Below, piece after piece: positions 52,096 through 64,000 of a stretch of DNA of 64,000 nucleotides. The stretch lies in assembly GCF_006345805.1 (NCBI RefSeq), contig NC_043012.1, positions 22,444,001 to 22,508,000 on the forward strand, in the 5' to 3' direction. Position 1 is the first letter of the stretch, and the number at the start of each line of letters is the position of its first letter. Origin of the DNA: Octopus sinensis (taxonomy: Eukaryota). The translations under genes were made by a program, and so were the position numbers. The notes under the pieces were generated by a model, which saw only the letters and a program-made list of their open reading frames with translations, searched no databases and was not told the DNA's origin.

Positions 52096-52947
52096 GTATA
52101 TATATATAATATATATATATATAATATATATATATAATATATTTATGTATATATATATATTTATGTATATATATATATATTTATGTATATATATATATAG
52201 ATGTGCGTGTGTGCATATAGAGAACCATTTCCTTGGAATTGCTGGACTTGTAGGATTCAAATATCTGAAGCTGTGTCTGTAGACTCATTTAAATTTCTCT
52301 CCCTAATCACCATAAAAGATGATGGGAGTCCATATTTGGAGATTTAATAAAATATAAAACTGCCTCTGGTTACCACAATGGGAAATGCTGCACATGCTGG
52401 AACAGAATGCATGCATGTGTGCATACATGCACATAATTGTGCAGGATACAGCTATAAGTGTATTTATGTGGCTTTGCATGTGTGTGAGCGAGAGACTATG
52501 TATATGCGTGTGAGTATGTATATGTGTGTGTGTGTTGTGTGTGTGTGTGAGAAAGTGATTCTGTGTTTGCCACAACTTTTGTAGGATGTATATGGATACC
52601 TACTATGCTTTTGTGTGTGTGTGTGTAGGAGTAGCAAGCATGTCTATTTTCATATGTGTGTGTGTATGTATGCATGTGTATATGTTTATGTATGTCTGTA
52701 TGTATGCATATATATATATACATGTATGTTTGTGTGTCTATATGTGTGTATGCACATATATACATACATGCATACACACACATGCATACATACATATATA
52801 TATATATATATACACATACATACATATATATATTCATACATATATACATACATACATATACATACATATATATACATACATACATATATATACATACATA
52901 TATATGTACGTATATGTATGTACATATATATATATGTACATATATGT

Positions 52948-53015
<68 letters not shown>

Positions 53016-53520
53016 ACATACATACATATATATCTTACTGTATGTATATGAGTGTTTTTAATGTTTGAAAATATGTCTGTGCATATTTGCATAAGTGTCT
53101 GAAAGAATGTGAATGCATGTGTGTATATATATGTGTGTACATGCATGTGGGGGTGTATATATGCGTATACGTTTGAATCAAAGAATATTTTTCCACTACA
53201 TGGCTTCAGATTCACTCCCACTGGTTGTCAATCAGTGGGGGGGGGGGAAAGAACACACACAAATATATATGTTGATGTTCAATAAAGAATATACACATGT
53301 ATATGATGGGCTTCCACACAGTTTCCACTTGTCCAAGGTGCCATGCAGCAGGACTAAACTTTAAGCCCCATGGTTGCAAAGCAAGATTCTTAACTACAAA
53401 ACCATGCCTACCAAACATAAAGAAAATGAATGGAGAAAGATCCTTGACATAAAATCACAGAAGCTAATGAAGGCATACATATCACTATTTCAGCTATTTC
53501 ATTTCATTATGAGAGAAACA

Positions 53521-54110
53521 CTTAGCCATTTAGCATTCAGATTACTCTGACAAATATATTTATTACCTTTGCCTAAAGCGAATGCGGAGGTATTGTTTTC
53601 AGTCATATTTGTTTGTTTGTCCATGGACAAGATATCTCAAGAACTGCTGGATGGATTTGGATGAAACATTCAGGGATGTTTGGCCACCTCATGTCTGGCA
53701 CAAAGTGATTAGAATTTGGGATCGATTTGGTATCAGACAAGGATTCTGGATTATGTTTTCCAGTTTTTTTGCTTGATTTTTAAGAGCGATTGGGTTCATT
53801 TTTAGTATTCTTGTTTGTGAGAGCAGTCGAGTTTATTCCAGATAGTCTCGTTTTAAAAATCATCTCTGGTTAATTGTTGAGAGGACATTGGTCTTACCTT
53901 GGCGGAGGTTTGCACTCTCTGAGTGCTCTTGTTTGTATAGTTTTGAATTAATCATGCATTGTCTCATAACTCTGAGATTTCAGTGATATGAATTTTTAGT
54001 TTTAGAATGACATTTCAGGGTAGGTGTAGGAAGCTGGATCTGGCCAGTTTGAAGATGAAGTGGGGAGAATATTTGGGCCAAAACATGCCAAATTTAAATG
54101 CTAATGGGTC
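53521..54110 (-). mobile_element. piggyBac MITE family 1 split by a HINE insertion
   Basis: 53521-53560 and 53935-54110 together match the reverse complement of 7613-7815. Confidence 0.7.
53561..53934 (+). mobile_element. Helentron-associated non-autonomous element (HINE/DINE-1-like)
   Basis: 5' TATTACCTTTGCC..GCGGAGGTA, (GTTT)n, 3' subTIR CCTTGGCGGAGGT (53897-53909), hairpin GCACTC-TCT-GAGTGC, T-rich end. Confidence 0.7.
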
Positions 54111-54151
54111 AGAATTCAGAATTAAGTAAGAAGTAGTTATGATTATATTTT

Positions 54152-54218
<67 letters not shown>

Positions 54219-55069
54219 AAGTAGTAGCAGCAGCAGCAGTAGCAGCAGCAGTAATTACAGTTATAGATTTGGTTATGTTTCTCTTTCATTAAAGAATCTT
54301 ATTTCAGTTTGCAGATCAATTCAGTCATAGTAAAAATTGATCATCATCATTATTGCCATCATGATTGTTGTCATCATCATCATCATCCTCTTCATTTTAC
54401 ATTTGCTTTTCAATGCTGGCATGTGTTAGACAAGTCATTACAGTCAGAGTCAATTATAATTCAGTTATTATTATTTCTCACTTGGATCCTTTTCAGTATT
54501 CTGCAAGAACATGTCAGACCATAGAGATATAATGTCTTGTTTGGAATTAAGTGAATGAAAGCAAAAGGAAGGGCATCCAACCACAGAAAACTGCCTCAAT
54601 AATTTCTGTCTGACCCATGCAAGCATGGAAACGTAAACCTTCAATGATGATGATGATGATGATGATGATCTTGCAAATACTTTTCACTTTTGACATGTTG
54701 CCTATGATTCAATGCTCTTCCTATAATGAACCACCTCACAGAGGGCTTTGGGTGCATTTTCATAATGGCACCAGCATTAGAGAGGTTATCATGTCCCCAG
54801 CAAGACTCACAAGTTCTCTCAATACTATATTGCTCCCTTCAAGGTTAAAGTCTGTAATTCAACTGATAATACTAATATTACCTCCAAAGGTACAACTGAC
54901 TGCTTTCAATGGAAGTCTTTGAGGCTGTCATGGTCACCATTCAGCTCATGGAACTTTCTAAGTGGCATGTCTAACAAAAAATTACTTCGAATGTTTTTAG
55001 TAGTGCAGCCTGCCCGATGATGAGTCATGTGTCATGCTTCTTCATGAGAAAGGTTGTCCCATATCTGCC

Positions 55070-55297
55070 TTAACGCTTTTGTTACTGTATTTATTTTGAG
55101 ATGCTCTGTGTTTCTTTTAATTATTTTGAATATAACAAAGAATTTAATAAAATAACTTGGATATCATTAAGCTAGTGTTAGGAACATAAATTGTAACTAA
55201 GATTTAGTGGAAGATTTTAATTCAAAACTTATGAAAACAAGACATTTGTACTACAGAGCCAAAGGTGGCTTCAGCTGGGCTGGTAATGAAAGGGTTC
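55070..55297 (+). mobile_element. piggyBac-type MITE family 2
   Basis: TTAACGCTTTTGTTAC..AATGAAAGGGTT; homolog of 13292-13520. Confidence 0.75.
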
Positions 55298-56130
55298 AAG
55301 ACATTATGCACTCCTTTCATAATTTCAGCTTGACCTACTTCAGAATTGGTGCTGTCCAGGGATCTTTGCCAATATTGCACACAAGATGCTCATTGTGTAA
55401 CTTTGCCCTATCATAATCTTGTCTGATCCATGCAAACATAGAAAAGTAGATGTTAAATCGATGATGACGATGATGATGATGATGAGGATGTATGAAAAGT
55501 GAATCTAATGTCATCTGTGTTACTTTGAAACTTTTAACATGAAATGTGTGGTGGTGTGGTTGCACGGTCAGAAGTTTGCTTCTGAGCCATATGGTCCCTG
55601 GTTCATTCCCACCATGAAGCAACTTGGGCAAGTGACTTTCACTGTAGCCTTGGGTCAACCAAAGCCTTGTCAGTGGATTTGGTAGATGGAAACTGAAAGA
55701 AGCCTGTCATATGTGTGTGTGTATCTGCATGTGTGTATGCTTGTGTTTGTCCTCCATAACTGATTGGCAACCATTGTTGGTGTGTTTAATGTTCCCCTAA
55801 CTTAGCAGTTTGGCATATGGTTGATCCATTTAAACAGAAATTCTTCAAGGCAGTGCCCCAGCATGGCAACAGACCAATTACTGAAACAAGTAAGAGATAA
55901 AAGATGTGTTTGTGTGTGTGATTGCACATACAAGCAAGTACATGCTTTTCTCTTGCTCTCTCTCTCTCTCTCTACATATATATATATTAGTTGGAGTGGT
56001 TCATCTGTGGTTCATATATATATTAGTTGGAGTGGTTCATATATTAGTTGGAGTGGTTCATCTGAAGCGACAAGTTCGCTGATAGGTAAAGTTCCTTCTT
56101 TTTAGTGTTTCCAAATCCAAATTAAGAAAT

Positions 56131-56193
56131 TTTGAGCTGACGAAAGAAATGCTGATTTTATTTGGCTAATCTTGAAACGTTGACGTACTCAAA
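56131..56193 (+). ncRNA. type I hammerhead ribozyme candidate with intact core and all three stems
   Basis: TTTGAG-CTGACGA-AAGA..TCTT-GAAA-CG TTGA CG-TA-CTCAAA; predicted cleavage after A56187. Confidence 0.8.
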
Positions 56194-56392
56194 CGATCTA
56201 TGTACTTGTGATATTTTTCTGTATTTACCTCCAAACCTTCGTGAGCTGTCTGGAGTAAACATTATCTGAGAGAAATTTTCTTTAAGTAGTAGAAATGGCT
56301 AAAAAAATTTTTTTTGGCTGCTATTTCTACTAAGTTCAGTATGTGGCAAAGTAATTTATTTTACTAAGCCCTAATTATATAATTACACCAAT

Positions 56393-56817
56393 CTGACCGT
56401 ACAACAGGCACCCATGCCAACCCCCTTGCTTGCGAAGACATGTTGGGGCAAGCGAAATCGAAATCGAATTGAACCAGCCAGGATCCCTGGTCTGGTGGTA
56501 CGTAAAAAGCACCATCCGACTCGTAGCCAATGCCAGCACCGCCTCGTCTGGCTTCCGTGCCGGTGGCACATAAAATACACCAATCCGACCGTGGCCGTTG
56601 CCAGCCTCGCCTGGCACCTGTGCAGGTGGCACGTAAAAAGCACCCACTACACTCACGGAGTGGTTGGCGTTAGGAAGGGCATCCAGCTGTAGAAACACTA
56701 CCAGATCAGACTGGAGCCTGGTACAGCCTTCTGGCTTCCCAGATCCCCGGTCGAACCGTCCAACCCATGCTAGCATGGAGAACGGACGTTAAACGACGAT
56801 GATGATGATGATGATGA

Positions 56818-56820
<3 letters not shown>
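56393..56820 (+). mobile_element. RTE LINE 3' UTR fragment
   Basis: Subrepeats and (GAT)n tail. Confidence 0.85.
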
Positions 56821-56855
<35 letters not shown>

Positions 56856-57641
56856 GTATATACATATATACACACACACACACACACGAGTGTTTATGTG
56901 TGTGAAACACAACCTAGTGAAAAGGTACTGAACTGACTAACATGTTGATCATGAGTTCATATTTGCTGCTAGCATTTCTTTGTATGCCAGAGCAAGGCAT
57001 TTAATTCCATTTAGATCTCTTTTCCATTATATTCCAGCCTTATAACATAGAATATATAACCAGCAAGAGACACAGATACAGCTAATGTAATCGCTTGTAA
57101 ACTTTAGTCACTTACAAGTCTTGAGGTTTACTGACTCCCCAGCTAAAGGGGAGATAATTACTGTTTACACTCCATCAATTTCTTCGTTTCTAAATATATT
57201 ATTGATGATGGTTTCATTAACCCCACCGGAAGGATAAAAAGAAAATGAGATGGAAATCCTCAAATCTTTCTTTACTCAAAGGTAAATAATACTGATGCTG
57301 TAAGATTTGAAAACACACACACACACACACACACGCATACACAAACACAGATACAGACACACAAGCACAAACACATACATAGTTTATTCATAAGTTTTAC
57401 AGTGTTTTATCAAACATTATCTTCTGATGTATGTATGTGTGTGTGTGTGTGTGTGTGCATGTACATTCATATATATATATATACACACACACACATATAT
57501 ATATAGACACACACACACATATATATATATACACATATACATACATACATATATATATGTATGTATGTATGTATACATACTATGTATATACACAATCACT
57601 AAATCTCAGATTTAATAGACTGAATAATAATATTTATGACA

Positions 57642-57713
<72 letters not shown>

Positions 57714-57719
57714 TTAATA

Positions 57720-58616
57720 ATCTTTTGTAATCTTGGCGTTGGGTCAGCAATTTTGAGTGGGTTGGGAGCTGATGCATTTGATCCTATCACACACACCCCC
57801 AGTACTCAACTGGTACTTATTTCATTGACTCTGAAGGGATGAAAAGCACACTCGACCATAGCCGAGTTTGAAGAAATGCCCCTGAGCACTTCATCTGGTT
57901 TGGCAACAACCCTAGCAGCTCATTACCTGCCCAATAATGGTAACAAATTCTTTGTATAATAGGCACAAGGCCGTAACTATTGGGGTAAGGGGCTCCTTAA
58001 TTATATCGACCCCAGTGCACAACTGGTACTTATTTTGTTAATCCCAAAAGTATGAGAGGTAAATCTGGCCTTGGCTGCATTTGAACTCAGAATCAGAGAG
58101 AGCTGGAAGAGATGTTGCTAAGCATTTTGTGCAACATGCTAACAATGTTATGAGTCTGCTGACTTCCCAATGATAATATTCTTTTCTACTCAAGGCACAA
58201 GGCCTGATATTTTTGGGGAAGGGGCCAGTCGATTAGATTGATCCCAGCATGCAACTGGAACTTAATTTACCAACCCTGAAAAGATGAAAGGCAAACTCAA
58301 CCATGGCAGAATTTGAACTCAGAACATAAAGACAGACGAAATACCGCTAGGCATTTTGCCTGGTGTGCTAATGCTTCTGCCCACTCGCTGCCTTAAATGT
58401 TCTTTTCTACTCTAGGCACAAGGCCTGAAATTTTGTGGGGAGGGAGCCAGTTGATTATATTGACCCCAGTACACAACTGGCACTTAATTTATTGACCCTG
58501 AAAAGCTGAAAGGCAAAGTCAACCTTGGCAGAATTTAAACTCAGAATGAAAAGACAGATGAAATACCGCTAAGCATTTTGCCTGGCACGCTAACGTTTCT
58601 GCCAGCTCACTGCCTT
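57720..58616 (-). mobile_element. tandem array of four SINE family B copies next to (AAT)n
   Basis: Units at about 57720-57930, 57950-58165, 58180-58395 and 58400-58616. Confidence 0.8.
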
Positions 58617-59533
58617 ATCCTAATGATAATATTAATCAACAGATGTTGTATTACCACAACAGTTAGGATAAAACATTCTTCCACAACACTGTGATGAAGA
58701 CAAATAAAAATTTCATATTGTTTTTATAATGAATTGTGGCATATATTGAAGTGAAGTGCTTTGTTTTACCTTAAAAATAATTAAAAGTGGCCCTGAGGTT
58801 ACCTTTAACAGACAATTGGCATTCACAGATACACCCTAATCCCTTATTTGTCACATTAGGGGTTTCCATTGGATATGTCTTTTATCTTTTATTTCTTTCA
58901 ATCATTGGACTGTGGCCCTGCTGGGGCACAACACTGAAGGGTCTAGTTGAACAAATCAATCCCTGTTCTTTTATTTTTAAAGTCTTGTACTTATTCTATT
59001 AGTCTTTTTTGTTGAATTGCTAAGTTATGGAGACATAAAAGAAAAAAAAAACCCTACACCAATTGCCAAGAAGTTGTGAGGAACACAAACACAAAAGAGA
59101 TAAATAAACAGATACGTATATATTTATATGATGGGTTAATTTCAGTTTTCATCTATGGAATTCACTCACAAGGCATTGTTCAACCTGGGACTATAGCCAA
59201 AGATACTCAAGGTGCTGTACAGGGGGACTGAACCTAAAACCACATGGTTGCAAAGCGAACTTCTTAACCACATTGCCATGTCTACCCATGAATTTTATCT
59301 AATCCTCATCCACGTAAGAAGCAGCTAGGCACAGAGGAGAAACTCTTGGTTACCAGTCTTTCTTCAGTTGCTCTTACAGGTGGATGAATTTAGCAGCCAT
59401 AGAGGCAAACAAGCTTTACTACAAACCTTCCCACTGTCTCACCTACCAACAACACTTCTTGATTAATTATAAATTAACTATTCACACCTCAGCCACATCC
59501 AGTCTGTTGCAATAGGTCTGCAGTTCTATCCCA

Positions 59534-59572
<39 letters not shown>

Positions 59573-59712
59573 CTATTCTGGATGACAACTGCTTAGTCAG
59601 TTCATTCATTATGTATATCAGGTGTATTTGTTTCCACACAGCAGCATTACACCACAAAACTCCTTATGCTAGCCCGTCCAACCCATGCTAGCATGGAAAA
59701 AGGACGCTAAAC

Positions 59713-59745
<33 letters not shown>

Positions 59746-60984
59746 AAGTGCAAACACGGCCGTGTGGTTCACAACCTTGTTTTGCATCCACATGGTTTTG
59801 GGTTCAGCCCCAATGCAGGGCACTCGGGCAAGTGATTTTTATTATAGCTCTTGGCTGATAAATGCCTTGCCAGTGAGTGAATTTGGCCAATGGAAACTGT
59901 GTAGAAGCCTATAAAATCACTGTTAATATCATTCTCGTTAAAGAATAGTAATTTTGTACTCTATAAAATGTATTGAGCAATTTTTCAGTTTAATGTTAAA
60001 TTGTTTTAATTATAAACTGATATAAAAATGAAGATTAATATATCTGTGTGTGTGTGTTTTTGTCTTTGATTTCCTCACTACCAACTGACAACCAGGTTCT
60101 TTAATATATATATATAAGCATATATACATATGTGCACACACACATATATATATATACATACATATACACAAACATTCCTATATATATACAAATATATATA
60201 TATATATATATATATAAGCATGTATATATACATATATACACACACACATCTATATAGATACACATACACACACATGAATATATATATATTTTTTTTACAA
60301 TTTAAAAATAGGATAAAATCTTTATAAGAAATTATCAAGCAGTTAGCGTGAAAAACCTCATAATGGAAAAATTTATTAATTATTCCCTTTAAATATATTT
60401 ATTTATATTAAGGGCATTACTATACATAAATGCCTCATGCTAGGAGGCATACACACATATATATATATATAGAGAGAGAATTGAATATACTAGGTTCCAC
60501 CTATTATATACAACTTGACATTCCTAAAATCAGAAAAAGACAACATGTATGACCTATAATAACTTAACTAAGTGAAACCATGAAGTGCCATAACTGTAAG
60601 CTGTGCAGGCAGAAGGTTACTAAATATCTTGTGACTATTTTAAAATATTTTTCTTCAATTGTTTATCAACTGGTAACAAAATAAGCTAATAAATTATTCC
60701 CTATATTACAGCTCAACCTGCCAGAAATAATAGTCTAATTTTCTTTGAATTACACCTTGTATAGTTCTTTTAAAAAACTACAAATGATTGGATAATGAAG
60801 TCCTGCATAAATAGTATTTTATTAAGAAGTAGGAAGTTTAAAGATGAAGTGTCTTGGAGCATAGAATTTCTTGATCAGAATTGATATGGCGCCAATCAAC
60901 TAAACAGCCACAAGAATTACAAAAACTGGTAACTGAATCGGTCTATCGTTTTCAGTGAATAATGGTTTCCACAATAGTTTCCAC

Positions 60985-61179
60985 ACAGCCTGAAATTTTG
61001 GAATAACAGACTAGTTGATCACATCAACCCCAGTACACAACTGGTACTTATTTCACTGACCCTTAAAGGATGAAAAGCTAAGTTGATCTTAGAGGAATTT
61101 GAACTCGGAATGAAATGGTGCTAAGCCTTTTGTCTAATGTGCTAACAGCTCTGTTAGCTCACCATTTTAAATAATAATA

Positions 61180-61235
<56 letters not shown>

Positions 61236-61540
61236 CCTTTCTATTATAGGCACAAAGCCTGAAATTTTGGGAAGAGGTTAAGTCAATTAGATTGACCCCA
61301 GAACTCATAATAATGAAGATAGTTTCCACTATAGGCACAAAACCTGAAATTTTGGAGGAGGGTATTAGTCGATTACATTGACCCCCAGCAGTAAACTGGT
61401 ATGTGATTTATCAGCCCATTCACAAAGAGTGATAGGCAAAGTTGATTCTAGCAGAAACTGAACTCAGAACATAAAGAATTGGGGAAAATGTTGCAAAGCA
61501 TGCTGTTTGACGCTTGAATGGATCTGCCAGCTTGTTGCCC
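60985..61540 (-). mobile_element. cluster of SINE family B copies around (AAT)n
   Basis: Repeated CACA..CCTGAAATTTTGG..ACCCCAG motif. Confidence 0.7.
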
Positions 61541-61956
61541 TATTTTCTGTGAATAATATTAGCAGTTTTACAGTCCTTAGTCTTCAATAATTCACACTTT
61601 CTGACACAACAATGCTGCTAGAGCACTTAATGTGTTTGCTTACATCCAGTCAACCAAGAAATCTCTTCTCCCCAACAAAATCCCTATTTTGGTTTTTGGT
61701 TTTTTTTTTATATATAGTCAGCATTTACATTATTCATTGACATGTTACACAATCAATCTGGATAAGTTTTTGGAAAGTCCTATCAATGTTGATAATTTTA
61801 TTTTAACCAATCTTTCCTTCAACTACTCTTCACTCATCTACTATTACACTCTGACCCTATTTTAATTTTTATTTTCCACCCTTCCAACACTGATTTTTAA
61901 ATGAGAGTTAGTATACACATTCAGAAATCAGGTATATATATATATATATATATATT

Positions 61957-62177
61957 TTTGTTTCAGCTCAGAGCTGCGGCCATGCTGATGCACCACCGTT
62001 TCTTTTACATATATGCAATGGGCTTCTTTCAGTTTCTGTCTACCAAATCCACTCACAAGGCTTTGGTCGGCCCGAGGCTATAGTAGAAGACACTTGGCCA
62101 AGGTGCCACGCAGTGGGACTGAACCCGGAACCATGTGGTTGGTAAGCAAGCTACTTACCACATAGCCACTCCTGCAC

Positions 62178-62178
<1 letters not shown>
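61957..62178 (-). mobile_element. SINE family A, internally deleted variant
   Basis: Intact head and body joined directly to a short tail. Confidence 0.8.
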
Positions 62179-62209
<31 letters not shown>

Positions 62210-62476
62210 CATCTATTTAATATACATGTATTTAATATATATATATTACAAATAGATATATAACATAAGATACAGCAGGTATGAACACCATGCCTAGGAC
62301 ATCTCAGTATATCTAGCAGGGCACCCCCTTTATTATGCATGTACCTGAATGAACACAAACTGCACAGACTGATGCAACACAATTAGATGCAGAAAATCCT
62401 ACTCATATCACACAGTTGCAAGATGGGTCGAAATGATCACCGTACCAAATCTATCTTCCATTTACTCCATCAACTA

Positions 62477-62516
<40 letters not shown>

Positions 62517-62517
62517 T

Positions 62518-62816
62518 AGTATTATTGTTATGATTATTATTATTATATATACATACATACTATATATATATATATATATGGCAAAAACGATCTATATATA
62601 TATATATATGGATCCATATATGGAAAAAAATGAGCTATATAGTATTATTATTATGATTATTATTATTATATATGCATACATACATACTATATATATATAT
62701 ATATATATGGCAAAAACGATCTATATATATATATATGGATCCATATATGGAAAAAAATGAGCTATATATATATATATGGCAAAAATGATCTATATATATA
62801 CATATGGAAAAAATGA
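62518..62816. repeat. tandem duplication of a unit of about 120 bp (two copies plus a partial third)
   Basis: ATGGCAAAAACGATCTATA..GGATCCATATATGGAAAAAAATGAGCTATAT repeated. Confidence 0.85.
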
Positions 62817-63689
62817 TGTCAAACTATCTAGGTGTTTGCATGTATGCATGTACTAAGTGAATATCTATGATATACACATGCATATATGAAGGAGTATTCA
62901 CACACACACACACACACACACAGTTGAGTGCATTTATTCATATGTGATGATAATGATGATGATCATCATCATGATCTCACACACACACACACGCACACAC
63001 ATTTATGATTGCATGCAAGCATGTATTTACATGCATTCATAATGTGTTTACATGCAGAAAATTCCTAATACAACTTTTTACATGTACAGCAATGGGGGTT
63101 GTGATGGATTTTGTTGTTAACAGGGAAATCTATTACAGGAAATATATATTTATTGATCACTCAATGATTAATAGATAATGTCGTAATAATGACATGAAAA
63201 TATATTCAGACATTAATGGGACAACACAGAAATATACATACATACATATTATATATATTGAATACATATAATATATATATATATATGTGTGTGTAGTAAT
63301 GTGTTTGTCTGTTTAGCACTGTGTGTGTGTGTTTATATGAAGATAGATATATGTATGTGTGTATGCATGTGTGCATGTCTCTTTTTTTTATCTTCCATAT
63401 TTTACACATTTCAGTTATTAGACCGCAGTCATGCTGGAGCACCACCTTAAAGGGTTTAGTCAAATGGATTGATGTTTTTTTTTTTTCTTTTAAGCCTGGT
63501 ACTTATTTTATTCGTTTCCTTTTTGCTGAACTGCTAAGTCATGGGGATGTAAAACAAAATCAACACTGGTTGCCAACTGTAAATGGGGAACAAAGAAGAA
63601 GACACACAAACACACACACACACACCACCACTACCACCACCACCACCACCACCACCACCACCACAACCACCACCACCACCACCACCACC

Positions 63690-64000
63690 ATCATCATCAT
63701 CGTTTAGCATCTATCTTCCATGCTTGCATAGATAGGATGCTTTGCAGGAGCTGGCCAGGTAGAAAAACTACCCTAGGCTACTTGGTCTGTTTTGGCAGGG
63801 ATTTTACAGCTGGATGCCCTTCCTAAAACCAACCACTCCACAGAGTGGACTCACTGCTTTTTACATGACACCAGCACAGGTGAGGTTAGTTTTGGCATGA
63901 TTTTTACAGCTGGATGCCCTTCCAAATAGCAACCACATTACAGCATGGTCTGGACTGGATGGTTTTAATGTGGCAGAAGCACTGGTCAGGTAACCAAGTA
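63690..64000 (-). mobile_element. RTE-like 3' end, second subfamily
   Basis: (CAT)n CGTTTAGCATC; TTTTACAGCTGGATGCCCTTCC occurs twice. Confidence 0.65.

Noticed and set aside
62365-62450. CTGATGC ... GGGTCGAAATGATCACCGTA as a hammerhead
   Set aside because: The core is incomplete and the stems cannot be assigned

Overview
AT-rich, microsatellite-saturated eukaryotic DNA. The repeat vocabulary (tRNA-derived SINEs, RTE 3' ends with (GAT)n tails, long (TA)n/(CA)n/(GATA)n tracts) points to an intronic or intergenic region of an octopus genome; this is inferred from recalled repeat families, not from a search. I found no credible host protein-coding exon, and almost all listed ORFs are microsatellite or SINE artefacts. 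Decayed coding remnants are present: one maT-like and two mariner-like transposase fragments, two R4/Dong-like RLE retrotransposon 3' ends, an RTE C-terminus and a Penelope-type GIY-YIG C-terminus. Non-autonomous elements include piggyBac-type and pogo-type MITEs, a foldback element and a Helentron-type HINE. The main unexplained signal is a dispersed set of about 14 hammerhead-ribozyme-like motifs from several unrelated short elements, many embedded in (TA)n. Most have a very short, palindromic or near-palindromic stem III, like the minimal dimer-acting hammerheads of Penelope-like elements. Three retain the full CUGANGA/GAAA/UH core (28199-28242, 29515-29592, 56131-56193). One subfamily carries a non-canonical CUGUNGA core, five loci form head-to-head foldbacks, and two show a permuted arrangement. 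All folds were assigned by eye and no activity has been shown.
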